The notes below the pieces were generated by a model. The model did not search any database, was not told the origin of the DNA, and saw only the letters and a program-made list of their open reading frames with translations. Source: Eledone cirrhosa (taxonomy: Eukaryota). From it: a stretch of DNA of 64,000 nt. The position numbers and the translations under genes are program-made. The stretch spans positions 209,374,001 through 209,438,000 of the forward strand of contig OZ024741.1 of assembly GCA_964016885.1 (NCBI GenBank), read 5' to 3'. Positions 24,101-38,700 of the stretch are shown in pieces; positions within the stretch are counted from its first letter, which is position 1; every line of letters begins with the position of its first letter.

Positions 24101-27100
24101 TTAACCGCAACCTAACTTAACCCCAACTTAACTTAACCGCAACTTAACTTAACCGCAACTTAGCTTAACCCCAACCCTTGGTGGGATCGATCTGTAATTA
24201 CTGGTACATGTGCAGACACTCATTGGCTGTGTGTGGCCTGATTTTCAGAAAGATATCTCAGTAAAATAACGAGTGGTGGCTGCGTAAAATAATGAATTAC
24301 GCACGAAAATGAGAAAATTTCGATTCTCGATCGTGGGCCGGCCGGATGTCGGATCGATTCGTAAATACAAGGATAATGTGCGGACACTCCTTGCCTGTGT
24401 GCGGCATGATTTTCAGGACGATATCTCCGTAAAATCAAGAGTTGATAACCCCAACTTAACTTAACCCCAACTTAACTTAACCGCAACTTAACTTAACCGC
24501 AACCTAACTTAACCCCAACTTAACTTAACCGCAACCTAACTTAACCCCAACTTAACTTAACCGCAACTTAACTTAACCCCAACCTAACTTAACCCCAACT
24601 TAACTTAACCGCAACTTAACTTAACCGCAACCTAACTTAACCCCAACTTAACTTAACCGCAACTTAACTTAACCGCAACTTAGCTTAACCCCAACCCTTG
24701 GTGGGATCGATCTGTAATTACTGGTACATGTGCAGACACTCATTGGCTGTGTGTGGCCTGATTTTCAGAAAGATATCTCCGTAAAATAACGAGTGGTGGC
24801 TGCGTAAAATAATGAATTACGCACGAAAATGAGAAAGTTTCGATTCTCGATCGTGGGCCGGCCGGATGTCGGATCGATTCGTAAATACAAGGATAATGTG
24901 CGGACACTCCTTGGCTGTGTGCGGCATGATTTTCAGGACGATATCTCCGTAAAATCAAGAGTTGATAACCCCAACTTAACTTAACCCCAACTTAACTTAA
25001 CCGCAACTTTACTTAACCGCAACCTAACTTAACCCCAACTTAACTTAACCGCAACCTAACTTAACCCCAACTTAACTTAACCCCAACTTAACTTAACCCC
25101 AACCTAACTTAACCCCAACTTAACTTAACCGCAACTTAACTTAACCGCAACCTAACTTAAACCCAACTTAACTTAACCGCAACTTAACTTAACCGCAACT
25201 TAGCTTAACCCCAACCCTTGGTGGGATCGATCTGTAATTACTGGTACATGTGCAGACACTCATTGGCTGTGTGTGGCCTGATTTTCAGAAAGATATCTCC
25301 GTAAAATAACGAGTGGTGGCTGCGTAAAATAATGAATTACGCACGAAAATGAGAAAATTTCGATTCTCGATCGTGGGCCGGCCGGATGTCGGATCGATTC
25401 GTAAATACAAGGATAATGTGCGGACACTCCTTGGCTGTGTGCGGCATGATTTTCAGGACGATATCTCCGTAAAATCAAGAGTTGATAACCCCAACTTAAC
25501 TTAACCCCAACTTAACTTAACCGCAACTTAACTTAACCGCAACCTAACTTAACCCCAACTTAACTTAACCGCAACCTAACTTAACCCCAACTTAACTTAA
25601 CCGCAACTTAACTTAACCCCAACCTAACTTAACTCCAACTTAACTTAACCGCAACTTAACTTAACCGCAACCTAACTTAACCCCAACTTAATTTAACCGC
25701 AACTTAACTTAACCGCAACTTAGCTTAACCCCAACCCTTGGTGGGATCGATCTGTAATTACTGGTACATGTGCAGACACTCATTGGCTGTGTGTGGCCTG
25801 ATTTTCAGAAAGATATCTCCGTAAAATAACGAGTGGTCGCTGCGTAAAATAATGAATTACGCACGAAAATGAGAAAATTTCGATTCTCGATCGTCGGCCG
25901 GCCGGATGTCAGATCGATTCGTAAATACAAGGATAATGTGCGGACACTCCTTGGCTGTGTGCGGCATGATTTTCAGGACGATATCTCCGTAAAATCAAGA
26001 GTTGATAACCCCAACTTAACTTAACCCCAACTGAACTTAACCGCAACTTAACTCAACCCCAACTTAACTTAACCGCAACCTAACTTAACCCCAACTTAAC
26101 TTAACCGCAACTTGACTTAACCCCAACCTAACTTAACCCCAACTTAACTTAACCGCAACTTAACTTAACCGCAACCTAACTTAACCCCAACTTAACTTAA
26201 CCGCAACTTAACTTAACCGCAACTTAGCTTAACCCCAACCCTTGGTGGGATCGATCTGTAATTACTGGTACATGTGCAGACAATCATTGGCTGTGTGTGG
26301 CCTGATTTTCAGAAAGATATCTCCGTAAAATAACGAGTGGTGGCTGCGTAAAATAATGAATTACGCACGAAAATGAGAAAATTTCGATTCTCGATCGTGG
26401 GCCGGCCGGATGTCGGATCGATTCGTAAATACAAGGATAATGTGCGGACACTCCTTGGCTGTGTGCGGCATGATTTTCAGGACGATATCTCCGTAAAATC
26501 AAGAGTTGATATCCCCAACTTAACTTAACCCCAACTTAACTTAACCGCAACTTAACTTAACCGCAACCTAACTTAACCCCAACTTAACTTAACCGCAACC
26601 TAACTTAACCCCAACTTAACTTAACCGCAACTTAACTTAACCGCAACTTAGCTTAACCCCAACCCTTGGTGGGATCGATCTGTAATTACTGGTACATGTG
26701 CAGACACTCATTGGCTGTGCGTGGCCTGATTTTCAGAAAGATATCTCCGTAAAATAACGAGTGGTGGCTGCGTAAAATAATGAATTACGCACGAAAATGA
26801 GAAAATTTAGATTCTCGATCGTGGGCCGGCCGGATGTCTGATCGATTCGTAAATACAAGGATAATGTGCGGACACTCCTTGGCTGTGTGTGGCATGATTT
26901 TCAGGACGATATCTCCGTAAAATCAAGAGTTGATAACCCCAACTTAACTTAACCCCAACTTAACTTAACCGCAACTTAACTTAACCGCAACCTAACTTAA
27001 CCCCAACTTAACTTAACCGCAACCTAACTTAACCCCAACTTAACTTAACCGCAACTTAACTTAACCCCAACCTAACTTAACCCCAACTTAACTTAACCGC

Positions 27101-28219
27101 AACTTAACTTAACCGCAACCTAACTTAACCCCAACTTAACTTAACCGCAACTTAACTTAACCGCAACTTAGCTTAACCCCAACCCTTGGTGGGATCGATC
27201 TGTAATTACTGGTACATGTGCAGACACTCATTGGCTGTGTGTGGCCTGATTTTCAGAAAGATATCTCCGTAAAATAACGAGTGGTGGCTGCGTAAAATAA
27301 TGAATTACGCACGAAAATGAGAAAATTTCGATTCTCGATCGTGGGCCGGCCGGATGTCGCATCGATTCGTAAATAGAAGGATAATGTGCGGACACTCCTT
27401 GGCTGTGTGCGGCATGATTTTCAGGACGATATTTCCGTAAAATCAAGAGTTGATAACCCCAACTTAACTTAACCCCAACTTAACTTAACCCCAACTTAAC
27501 TTAACCGCAACCTAACTTAACCCCAACTTAACTTAACCCCAACCTAACTTAACCCCAACTTAACTTAACCGCAACTTAACTTAACCGCAACCTAACTTAA
27601 CCCCAACTTAACTTAACCGCAACTTAACTTAACCGCAACTTAGCTTAACCCCAACCCTTGGTGGGATCGATCTGTAATTACTGGTACATGTGCAGACACT
27701 CATTGGCTGTGTGTGGCCTGATTTTCAGAAAGATATCTCCGTAAAATAACGAGTGGTGGCTGCGTAAAATAATGAATTACGCACGAAAATGAGAAAATTT
27801 CGATTCTCGATCGTGGGCCGGCCGTATGTCGGATCGATTCGTAAATACAAGGATAATGTGCGGACACTCCTTGGCTGTGTGCGGCATGATTTTCAGGACG
27901 ATATCTCCGTAAAATCAAGAGTTGATAACCCCAACTTAACTTAACCCCAACTTAACTTAACCGCAACTTAACTTAACCGCAACCTAACTTAACCCCAACT
28001 TAACTTAACCGCAACCTAACTTAACCCCAACTTAACTTAACCGCAACTTAACTTAACCCCAACCTAACTTAACCCCAACTTAACTTAACCGCAACTTAAC
28101 TTAACCGCAACCTAACTTAACCCCAACTTAACTTAACCGCAACTTAACTTAACCGCAACTTAGCTTAACCCCAACCCTTGGTGGGATCGATCTGTAATTA
28201 CTGGTACATGTGCAGACAC
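21196..28219. repeat. 14-monomer higher-order repeat unit, 7024 bp
   Basis: Lengths 472,520,520,520,440,552,520,520,520,504,424,520,472,520 sum to 7024. The same ordered variant series restarts at 32692, 29212 maps to 36236 (+7024), and partial copies lie at 7452-11923 and 55620-58643. Confidence 0.87.
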
Positions 28220-31200
28220 TCATTGGCTGTGTGTGGCCTGATTTTCAGAAAGATATCTCCGTAAAATAACGAGTGGTGGATGTGTAAAATAATGAATTAC
28301 GCACGAAAATGAGAAAATTTCGATTCTCGATCGTGGGCCGGCCGGATGTCGCATCGATTCGTAAATAGAAGGATAATGTGCGGACACTCCTTGGCTGTGT
28401 GCGGCATGATTTTCAGGACGATATTTCCGTAAAATCAAGAGTTGATAACCCCAACTTAACTTAACCCCAACTTAACTTAACCCCAACTTAACTTAACCGC
28501 AACATAACTTAACCCCAACTTAACTTAACCCCAACCTAACTTAACCCCAACTTAACTTAACCGCAACTTAACTTAACCGCAACCTAACTTAACCCCAACT
28601 TAACTTAACCGCAACTTAACTTAACCGCAACTTAGCTTAACCCCAACCCTTGGTGGGATCGATCTGTAATTACTGGTACATGTGCAGACACTCATTGGCT
28701 GTGTGTGGCCTGATTTTCAGAAAGATATCTCCGTAAAATAACGAGTGGTGGCTGCGTAAATTAATGAATTACGCACGAAAATGAGAAAATTTCGATTCTC
28801 GATCGTGGGCCGGCCGGATGTCGGATCGATTCGTAAATACAAGGATAATGTGCGGACACTCCTTGCCTGTGTGCGGCATGATTTTCAGGACGATATCTCC
28901 GTAAAATCAAGAGTTGATAACCCCAACTTAACTTAACCCCAACTTAACTTAACCGCAACTTAACTTAACCGCAACCTAACTTAACCCCAACTTAACTTAA
29001 CCGCAACCTAACTTAACCCCAACTTAACTTAACCGCAACTTAACTTAACCCCAACCTAACTTAACCCCAACTTAACTTAACCGCAACTTAACTTAACCGC
29101 AACCTAACTTAACCCCAACTTAACTTAACCGCAACTTAACTTAACCGCAACTTAGCTTAACCCCAACCCTTGGTGGGATCGATCTGTAATTACTGGTACA
29201 TGTGCAGACACTCATTGGCTGTGTGTGGCCTGATTTTCAGAAAGATATCTCCGTAAAATAACGAGTGGTGGCTGCGTAAAATAATGAATTACGCACGAAA
29301 ATGAGAAAGTTTCGATTCTCGATCGTGGGCCGGCCGGATGTCGGATCGATTCGTAAATACAAGGATAATGTGCGGACACTCCTTGGCTGTGTGCGGCATG
29401 ATTTTCAGGACGATATCTCCGTAAAATCAAGAGTTGATAACCCCAACTTAACTTAACCCCAACTTAACTTAACCGCAACTTTACTTAACCGCAACCTAAC
29501 TTAACCCCAACTTAACTTAACCGCAACCTAACTTAACCCCAACTTAACTTAACCCCAACTTAACTTAACCCCAACCTAACTTAACCCCAACTTAACTTAA
29601 CCGCAACTTAACTTAACCGCAACCTAACTTAAACCCAACTTAACTTAACCGCAACTTAACTTAACCGCAACTTAGCTTAACCCCAACCCTTGGTGGGATC
29701 GATCTGTAATTACTGGTACATGTGCAGACACTCATTGGCTGTGTGTGGCCTGATTTTCAGAAAGATATCTCCGTAAAATAACGAGTGGTGGCTGCGTAAA
29801 ATAATGAATTACGCACGAAAATGAGAAAATTTCGATTCTCGATCGTGGGCCGGCCGGATGTCGGATCGATTCGTAAATACAAGGATAATGTGCGGACACT
29901 CCTTGGCTGTGTGCGGCATGATTTTCAGGACGATATCTCCGTAAAATCAAGAGTTGATAACCCCAACTTAACTTAACCCCAACTTAACTTAACCGCAACT
30001 TAACTTAACCGCAACCTAACTTAACCCCAACTTAACTTAACCGCAACCTAACTTAACCCCAACTTAACTTAACCGCAACTTAACTTAACCCCAACCTAAC
30101 TTAACTCCAACTTAACTTAACCGCAACTTAACTTAACCGCAACCTAACTTAACCCCAACTTAATTTAACCGCAACTTAACTTAACCGCAACTTAGCTTAA
30201 CCCCAACCCTTGGTGGGATCGATCTGTAATTACTGGTACATGTGCAGACACTCATTGGCTGTGTGTGGCCTGATTTTCAGAAAGATATCTCCGTAAAATA
30301 ACGAGTGGTCGCTGCGTAAAATAATGAATTACGCACGAAAATGAGAAAATTTCGATTCTCGATCGTCGGCCGGCCGGATGTCGGATCGATTCGTAAATAC
30401 AAGGATAATGTGCGGACACTCCTTGGCTGTGTGCGGCATGATTTTCAGGACGATATCTCCGTAAAATCAAGAGTTGATAACCCCAACTTAACTTAACCCC
30501 AACTGAACTTAACCGCAACTTAACTCAACCCCAACTTAACTTAACCGCAACCTAACTTAACCCCAACTTAACTTAACCGCAACTTGACTTAACCCCAACC
30601 TAACTTAACCCCAACTTAACTTAACCGCAACTTAACTTAACCGCAACCTAACTTAACCCCAACTTAACTTAACCGCAACTTAACTTAACCGCAACTTAGC
30701 TTAACCCCAACCCTTGGTGGGATCGATCTGTAATTACTGGTACATGTGCAGACAATCATTGGCTGTGTGTGGCCTGATTTTCAGAAAGATATCTCCGTAA
30801 AATAACGAGTGGTGGCTGCGTAAAATAATGAATTACGCACGAAAATGAGAAAATTTCGATTCTCGATCGTGGGCCGGCCGGATGTCGGATCGATTCGTAA
30901 ATACAAGGATAATGTGCGGACACTCCTTGGCTGTGTGCGGCATGATTTTCAGGACGATATCTCCGTAAAATCAAGAGTTGATATCCCCAACTTAACTTAA
31001 CCCCAACTTAACTTAACCGCAACTTAACTTAACCGCAACCTAACTTAACCCCAACTTAACTTAACCGCAACCTAACTTAACCCCAACTTAACTTAACCGC
31101 AACTTAACTTAACCGCAACTTAGCTTAACCCCAACCCTTGGTGGGATCGATCTGTAATTACTGGTACATGTGCAGACACTCATTGGCTGTGCGTGGCCTG

Positions 31201-33683
31201 ATTTTCAGAAAGATATCTCCGTAAAATAACGAGTGGTGGCTGCGTAAAATAATGAATTACGCACGAAAATGAGAAAATTTAGATTCTCGATCGTGGGCCG
31301 GCCGGATGTCTGATCGATTCGTAAATACAAGGATAATGTGCGGACACTCCTTGGCTGTGTGTGGCATGATTTTCAGGACGATATCTCCGTAAAATCAAGA
31401 GTTGATAACCCCAACTTAACTTAACCCCAACTTAACTTAACCGCAACTTAACTTAACCGCAACCTAACTTAACCCCAACTTAACTTAACCGCAACCTAAC
31501 TTAACCCCAACTTAACTTAACCGCAACTTAACTTAACCCCAACCTAACTTAACCCCAACTTAACTTAACCGCAACTTAACTTAACCGCAACCTAACTTAA
31601 CCCCAACTTAACTTAACCGCAACTTAACTTAACCGCAACTTAGCTTAACCCCAACCCTTGGTGGGATCGATCTGTAATTACTGGTACATGTGCAGACACT
31701 CATTGGCTGTGTGTGGCCTGATTTTCAGAAAGATATCTCCGTAAAATAACGAGTGGTGGCTGCGTAAAATAATGAATTACGCACGAAAATGAGAAAATTT
31801 CGATTCTCGATCGTGGGCCGGCCGGATGTCGCATCGATTCGTAAATAGAAGGATAATGTGCGGACACTCCTTGGCTGTGTGCGGCATGATTTTCAGGACG
31901 ATATTTCCGTAAAATCAAGAGTTGATAACCCCAACTTAACTTAACCCCAACTTAACTTAACCCCAACTTAACTTAACCGCAACCTAACTTAACCCCAACT
32001 TAACTTAACCCCAACCTAACTTAACCCCAACTTAACTTAACCGCAACTTAACTTAACCGCAACCTAACTTAACCCCAACTTAACTTAACCGCAACTTAAC
32101 TTAACCGCAACTTAGCTTAACCCCAACCCTTGGTGGGATCGATCTGTAATTACTGGTACATGTGCAGACACTCATTGGCTGTGTGTGGCCTGATTTTCAG
32201 AAAGATATCTCCGTAAAATAACGAGTGGTGGCTGCGTAAAATAATGAATTACGCACGAAAATGAGAAAATTTCGATTCTCGATCGTGGGCCGGCCGTATG
32301 TCGGATCGATTCGTAAATACAAGGATAATGTGCGGACACTCCTTGGCTGTGTGCGGCATGATTTTCAGGACGATATCTCCGTAAAATCAAGAGTTGATAA
32401 CCCCAACTTAACTTAACCCCAACTTAACTTAACCGCAACTTAACTTAACCGCAACCTAACTTAACCCCAACTTAACTTAACCGCAACCTAACTTAACCCC
32501 AACTTAACTTAACCGCAACTTAACTTAACCCCAACCTAACTTAACCCCAACTTAACTTAACCGCAACTTAACTTAACCGCAACCTAACTTAACCCCAACT
32601 TAACTTAACCGCAACTTAACTTAACCGCAACTTAGCTTAACCCCAACCCTTGGTGGGATCGATCTGTAATTACTGGTACATGTGCAGACACTCATTGGCT
32701 GTGTGTGGCCTGATTTTCAGAAAGATATCTCCGTAAAATAACGAGTGGTGGATGTGTAAAATAATGAATTACGCACGAAAATGAGAAAATTTCGATTCTC
32801 GATCGTGGGCCGGCCGGATGTCGCATCGATTCGTAAATAGAAGGATAATGTGCGGACACTCCTTGGCTGTGTGCGGCATGATTTTCAGGACGATATTTCC
32901 GTAAAATCAAGAGTTGATAACCCCAACTTAACTTAACCCCAACTTAACTTAACCCCAACTTAACTTAACCGCAACATAACTTAACCCCAACTTAACTTAA
33001 CCCCAACCTAACTTAACCCCAACTTAACTTAACCGCAACTTAACTTAACCGCAACCTAACTTAACCCCAACTTAACTTAACCGCAACTTAACTTAACCGC
33101 AACTTAGCTTAACCCCAACCCTTGGTGGGATCGATCTGTAATTACTGGTACATGTGCAGACACTCATTGGCTGTGTGTGGCCTGATTTTCAGAAAGATAT
33201 CTCCGTAAAATAACGAGTGGTGGCTGCGTAAATTAATGAATTACGCACGAAAATGAGAAAATTTCGATTCTCGATCGTGGGCCGGCCGGATGTCGGATCG
33301 ATTCGTAAATACAAGGATAATGTGCGGACACTCCTTGACTGTGTGCGGCATGATTTTCAGGACGATATCTCCGTAAAATCAAGAGTTGATAACCCCAACT
33401 TAACTTAACCCCAACTTAACTTAACCGCAACTTAACTTAACCGCAACCTAACTTAACCCCAACTTAACTTAACCGCAACCTAACTTAACCCCAACTTAAC
33501 TTAACCGCAACTTAACTTAACCCCAACCTAACTTAACCCCAACTTAACTTAACCGCAACTTAACTTAACCGCAACCTAACTTAACCCCAACTTAACTTAA
33601 CCGCAACTTAACTTAACCGCAACTTAGCTTAACCCCAACCCTTGGTGGGATCGATCTGTAATTACTGGTACATGTGCAGACAC
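24740..33683. repeat. Higher-order tandem duplication, period 4472 bp (9 monomers)
   Basis: The variant series is repeated. The rare SNP cttGactt occurs at 26114 and 30586, a difference of 4472. Confidence 0.9.
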
Positions 33684-35715
33684 TCATTGGCTGTGTGTGG
33701 CCTGATTTTCAGAAAGATATCTCCGTAAAATAACGAGTGGTGGCTGCGTAAAATAATGAATTACGCACGAAAATGAGAAAATTTCGATTCTCGATCGTGG
33801 GCCGGCCGGATGTCGGATCGATTCGTAAATACAAGGATAATGTGCGGACACTCCTTGCCTGTGTGCCGCATGATTTTCAGGACGATATCTCCGTAAAATC
33901 AAGAGTTGATAACCCCAACTTAACTTAACCCCAACTTAACTTAACCGCAACTTAACTTAACCGCAACCTAACTTAACCCCAACTTAACTTAACCGCAACC
34001 TAACTTAACCCCAACTTAACTTAACCGCAACTTAACTTAACCCCAACCTAACTTAACCCCAACTTAACTTAACCGCAACTTAACTTAACCGCAACCTAAC
34101 TTAACCCCAACTTAACTTAACCGCAACTTAACTTAACCGCAACTTAGCTTAACCCCAACCCTTGGTGGGATCGATCTGTAATTACTGGTACATGTGCAGA
34201 CACTCATTGGCTGTGTGTGGCCTGATTTTCAGATAGATATCTCCGTAAAATAACGAGTGGTGGCTGCGTAAATTAATGAATTACGCACGAAAATGAGAAA
34301 ATTTCGATTCTCGATCGTGGGCCGGCCGGATGTCGGATCGATTCGTAAATACAAGGATAATGTGCGGACACTCCTTGGCTGTGTGCGGCATGATTTTCAG
34401 GACGATATCTCCGTAAAATCAAGAGTTGATAACCCCAACTTAACTTAACCCCAACTTAACTTAACCGCAACTTAACTTAACCGCAACCTAACTTAACCCC
34501 AACTTAACTTAACCGCAACCTAACTTAACCCCAACTTAACTTAACCGCAACTTAACTTAACCCCAACCTAACTTAACCCCAACTTAACTTAACCGCAACT
34601 TAACTTAACCGCAACCTAACTTAACCCCAACTTAACTTAACCGCAACTTAACTTAACCGCAACTTAGCTTAACCCCAACCCTTGGTGGGATCGATCTGTA
34701 ATTACTGGTACATGTGCAGACACTCATTGGCTGTGTGTGGCCTGATTTTCAGAAAGATATCTCCGTAAAATAACGAGTGGTGGCTGCGTAAAATAATGAA
34801 TTACGCACGAAAATGAGAAAATTTCGATTCTCGATCGTGGGCCGGCCGGATGTCGGATCGATTCGTAAATACAAGGATAATGTGCGGACACTCCTTGGCT
34901 GTGTGCGGCATGATTTTCAGGACGATATCTCCGTAAAATCAAGAGTTGATAACCCCAACTTAACTTAACCCCAACTTAACTTAACCGCAACTTAACTTAA
35001 CCCAAACCTAACTTAACCCCAACTTAACTTAACCGCAACTTAACTTAACCGCAACCTAACTTAACCCCAACTTAACTTAACCGCAACTTAACTTAACCGC
35101 AACTTAGCTTAACCCCAACCCTTGGTGGGATCGATCTGTAATTACTGGTACATATGCAGACACTCATTGGCTGTGTGTGGCCTGATTTTCAGAAAGATAT
35201 CTCCGTAAAATAACGAGTGGTGGCTGCGTAAAATAATGAATTACGCACGAAAATGAGAAAATTTCGATTCTCGATCGTGGGCCGGCCGGATGTCGCATCG
35301 ATTCGTAAATAGAAGGATAATGTGCGGACACTCCTTGGCTGTGTGCGGCATGATTTTCAGGACGATATTTCCGTAAAATCAAGAGTTGATAACCCCAACT
35401 TAACTTAACCCCAACTTAACTTAACCCCAACTTAACTTAACCCCAACTTAACTTAACCGCAACTTAACTTAACCGCAACCTAACTTAACCCCAACTTAAC
35501 TTAACCGCAACCTAACTTAACCCCAACTTAGCTTAACCGCAACTTAACTTAACCCCAACCTAACTTAACCCCAACTTAACTTAACCGCAACTTAACTTAA
35601 CCGCAACCTAACTTAACCCCAACTTAACTTAACCGCAACTTAACTTAACCGCAACTTAGCTTAACCCCAACCCTTGGTGGGATCGATCTGTAATTACTGG
35701 TACATGTGCAGACAC

Positions 35716-38700
35716 TCATTGGCTGTGTGTGGCCTGATTTTCAGAAAGATATCTCAGTAAAATAACGAGTGGTGGCTGCGTAAAATAATGAATTACGCAC
35801 GAAAATGAGAAAATTTCGATTCTCGATCGTGGGCCGGCCGGATGTCGGATCGATTCGTAAATACAAGGATAATGTGCGGACACTCCTTGCCTGTGTGCGG
35901 CATGATTTTCAGGACGATATCTCCGTAAAATCAAGAGTTGATAACCCCAACTTAACTTAACCCCAACTTAACTTAACCGCAACTTAACTTAACCGCAACC
36001 TAACTTAACCCCAACTTAACTTAACCGCAACCTAACTTAACCCCAACTTAACTTAACCGCAACTTAACTTAACCCCAACCTAACTTAACCCCAACTTAAC
36101 TTAACCGCAACTTAACTTAACCGCAACCTAACTTAACCCCAACTTAACTTAACCGCAACTTAACTTAACCGCAACTTAGCTTAACCCCAACCCTTGGTGG
36201 GATCGATCTGTAATTACTGGTACATGTGCAGACACTCATTGGCTGTGTGTGGCCTGATTTTCAGAAAGATATCTCCGTAAAATAACGAGTGGTGGCTGCG
36301 TAAAATAATGAATTACGCACGAAAATGAGAAAGTTTCGATTCTCGATCGTGGGCCGGCCGGATGTCGGATCGATTCGTAAATACAAGGATAATGTGCGGA
36401 CACTCCTTGGCTGTGTGCGGCATGATTTTCAGGACGATATCTCCGTAAAATCAAGAGTTGATAACCCCAACTTAACTTAACCCCAACTTAACTTAACCGC
36501 AACTTTACTTAACCGCAACCTAACTTAACCCCAACTTAACTTAACCGCAACCTAACTTAACCCCAACTTAACTTAACCCCAACTTAACTTAACCCCAACC
36601 TAACTTAACCCCAACTTAACTTAACCGCAACTTAACTTAACCGCAACCTAACTTAAACCCAACTTAACTTAACCGCAACTTAACTTAACCGCAACTTAGC
36701 TTAACCCCAACCCTTGGTGGGATCGATCTGTAATTACTGGTACATGTGCAGACACTCATTGGCTGTGTGTGGCCTGATTTTCAGAAAGATATCTCCGTAA
36801 AATAACGAGTGGTGGCTGCGTAAAATAATGAATTACGCACGAAAATGAGAAAATTTCGATTCTCGATCGTGGGCCGGCCGGATGTCGGATCGATTCGTAA
36901 ATACAAGGATAATGTGCGGACACTCCTTGGCTGTGTGCGGCATGATTTTCAGGACGATATCTCCGTAAAATCAAGAGTTGATAACCCCAACTTAACTTAA
37001 CCCCAACTTAACTTAACCGCAACTTAACTTAACCGCAACCTAACTTAACCCCAACTTAACTTAACCGCAACCTAACTTAACCCCAACTTAACTTAACCGC
37101 AACTTAACTTAACCCCAACCTAACTTAACTCCAACTTAACTTAACCGCAACTTAACTTAACCGCAACCTAACTTAACCCCAACTTAATTTAACCGCAACT
37201 TAACTTAACCGCAACTTAGCTTAACCCCAACCCTTGGTGGGATCGATCTGTAATTACTGGTACATGTGCAGACACTCATTGGCTGTGTGTGGCCTGATTT
37301 TCAGAAAGATATCTCCGTAAAATAACGAGTGGTCGCTGCGTAAAATAATGAATTACGCACGAAAATGAGAAAATTTCGATTCTCGATCGTCGGCCGGCCG
37401 GATGTCGGATCGATTCGTAAATACAAGGATAATGTGCGGACACTCCTTGGCTGTGTGCGGCATGATTTTCAGGACGATATCTCCGTAAAATCAAGAGTTG
37501 ATAACCCCAACTTAACTTAACCCCAACTGAACTTAACCGCAACTTAACTCAACCCCAACTTAACTTAACCGCAACCTAACTTAACCCCAACTTAACTTAA
37601 CCGCAACTTAACTTAACCCCAACCTAACTTAACCCCAACTTAACTTAACCGCAACTTAACTTAACCGCAACCTAACTTAACCCCAACTTAACTTAACCGC
37701 AACTTAACTTAACCGCAACTTAGCTTAACCCCAACCCTTGGTGGGATCGATCTGTAATTACTGGTACATGTGCAGACAATCATTGGCTGTGTGTGGCCTG
37801 ATTTTCAGAAAGATATCTCCGTAAAATAACGAGTGGTGGCTGCGTAAAATAATGAATTACGCACGAAAATGAGAAAATTTCGATTCTCGATCGTGGGCCG
37901 GCCGGATGTCGGATCGATTCGTAAATACAAGGATAATGTGCGGACACTCCTTGGCTGTGTGCGGCATGATTTTCAGGACGATATCTCCGTAAAATCAAGA
38001 GTTGATATCCCCAACTTAACTTAACCCCAACTTAACTTAACCGCAACTTAACTTAACCGCAACCTAACTTAACCCCAACTTAACTTAACCGCAACCTAAC
38101 TTAACCCCAACTTAACTTAACCGCAACTTAACTTAACCGCAACTTAGCTTAACCCCAACCCTTGGTGGGATCGATCTGTAATTACTGGTACATGTGCAGA
38201 CACTCATTGGCTGTGTGTGGCCTGATTTTCAGAAAGATATCTCAGTAAAATAACGAGTGGTGGCTGCGTAAAATAATGAATTACGCACGAAAATGAGAAA
38301 ATTTCGATTCTCGATCGTGGGCCGGCCGGATGTCGGATCGATTCGTAAATACAAGGATAATGTGCGGACACTCCTTGCCTGTGTGCGGCATGATTTTCAG
38401 GACGATATCTCCGTAAAATCAAGAGTTGATAACCCCAACTTAACTTAACCCCAACTTAACTTAACCGCAACTTAACTTAACCGCAACCTAACTTAACCCC
38501 AACTTAACTTAACCGCAACCTAACTTAACCCCAACTTAACTTAACCGCAACTTAACTTAACCCCAACCTAACTTAACCCCAACTTAACTTAACCGCAACT
38601 TAACTTAACCGCAACCTAACTTAACCCCAACTTAACTTAACCGCAACTTAACTTAACCGCAACTTAGCTTAACCCCAACCCTTGGTGGGATCGATCTGTA